A stretch of 64,000 bases of DNA from Eledone cirrhosa (lineage: Eukaryota): positions 370,202,001 through 370,266,000 of the forward strand of contig OZ024742.1 of NCBI GenBank assembly GCA_964016885.1, written 5' to 3'. Below the pieces are notes generated by a model. It did no database searches. It saw only the letters and a list, made by a program, of their open reading frames with translations, and was not told where the DNA came from. The position numbers and the translations under genes are program-made. This document shows positions 63,101 through 64,000 of this stretch, piece by piece (position 1 is the first letter of the stretch; every line of letters begins with the position of its first letter).

Positions 63101-64000
63101 CCTCCTCCACATTATAACACTGACATAAACACCACCTCCTCCATATTATAACACTGACATAGCCACCACCACCTCCTCCATATTATAACACTGACATAAC
63201 CACCACCTCCTCCATATTATAACACTGACATAGCCACCACCCCCTCCATATCATAACACTGACATAGCCACCACCCCCTCCATATTATAACACTGACATA
63301 GCCTCCACCACCTCCATATTATAACACTGACATAGCCTCCACCACCTCCATATTATATCACTGACATAACCACCTTCCCCTCCATATTATAACACTAACA
63401 TAGCCACCACCACCACCTGTATATTATAACACTGACATAGCCACCACCTTCCCCTCCATATTATAACACTGACATAGCCACCTCCTCCACCTCCATATTA
63501 TAACACTGACATAGCCTCCACCTCCACCTCCATATTATATCACTGACATAACCACCTTCCCCTCCATATTATAACACTGACATAGCCACCACCACCTCCA
63601 TATTATAACACTGACATAGCCACCACCCCCTCCATATTATAACACTGACATAGCCATCACCTCCTCCATATTATAACACTGATAGAGCCACCACCTCCCA
63701 CTCCATATTATAACACTGACATAGCCTCCACCTCCCACTCCATATTATAACACTGACATAGCCTCCACCTCCCCCTCCATATTATAACACTGATAGAGCC
63801 ACCACCTCCCCCTCCATATTATAACACTGACACAGCCACCACCCCCTCCATATTATAACATTGACATAGCCACCACCACCTCCATATTATAACACTGACA
63901 TAGCCACCACCTCCCACTCCATATTATAACACTGACATAGCCACCACCACCTCCTCCATATTATAACACTGATATAGCCTCCACCTCCCCCTCCATATTA

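Larger units (their letters stand above)
5981..64000. repeat. Giant tandem satellite / minisatellite array, 34/37-bp unit, ~1,650 copies, extending beyond the window
   Basis: Consensus CATATTATAACACTGACATA[A/G]CCACCA(CCA)CCTCCTC, head-to-tail in a single orientation, with no insertions seen. Copy number is estimated from 58 kb divided by ~35 bp. The ORF track is empty here. Confidence 0.99.

Noticed and set aside
5981-64000. CRISPR-like alternation of a constant repeat and a variable spacer
   Set aside because: Variable parts are only ~10-18 bp, low-complexity CCN strings reused hundreds of times. There are no unique spacers, leader or cas genes, and the context is eukaryotic.
5981-64000. 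Sigma70 promoter mimic in each 34-mer (CTGACA-18 bp-TATTAT; occasional TTGACA variants)
   Set aside because: Flanks are animal-type retroposons and microsatellites with no downstream ORFs, so this is best explained as coincidence.
5981-64000. Pro/His/Thr-rich (or Gly-rich on minus) repetitive protein such as a mucin or extensin
   Set aside because: Unit lengths of 34/37 shift frame every copy, and TAA/TGA/TAG stops occur in the core. The ORF track shows nothing here.
5981-64000. Telomeric repeat or a definite centromere call
   Set aside because: No TTAGGG-type unit is present, and centromere function cannot be inferred from sequence alone.

Overview
Non-coding, repeat-dominated eukaryotic (animal) DNA. 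The short interspersed repeats resemble ones I recall from octopus/cephalopod genomes; this is unverified. Bases 1-5980 are a mosaic of compound microsatellites, a 189-bp foldback (MITE-like) element, a ~215-bp (TA)n-flanked element carrying a degenerate minimal type-I hammerhead ribozyme fold, two inverted copies of one SINE-like family (one preceded by a 48-bp tandem amplification), and a dead RTE-clade (Rex3/Expander-like) LINE fragment. Bases ~5981-64000 (running off the window) are a single head-to-tail satellite array of roughly 1,650 units. Each unit is a near-invariant TCCATATTATAACACTGACATA core plus a variable [A/G](CCN)n tract, mostly 34 or 37 bp in total. Rare variants in the array reveal nested kb-scale duplications (periods 3228, 3060, ~3500 and ~1100 bp) and layered variant domains. 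No intact host gene, tRNA, rRNA or CRISPR is supported.
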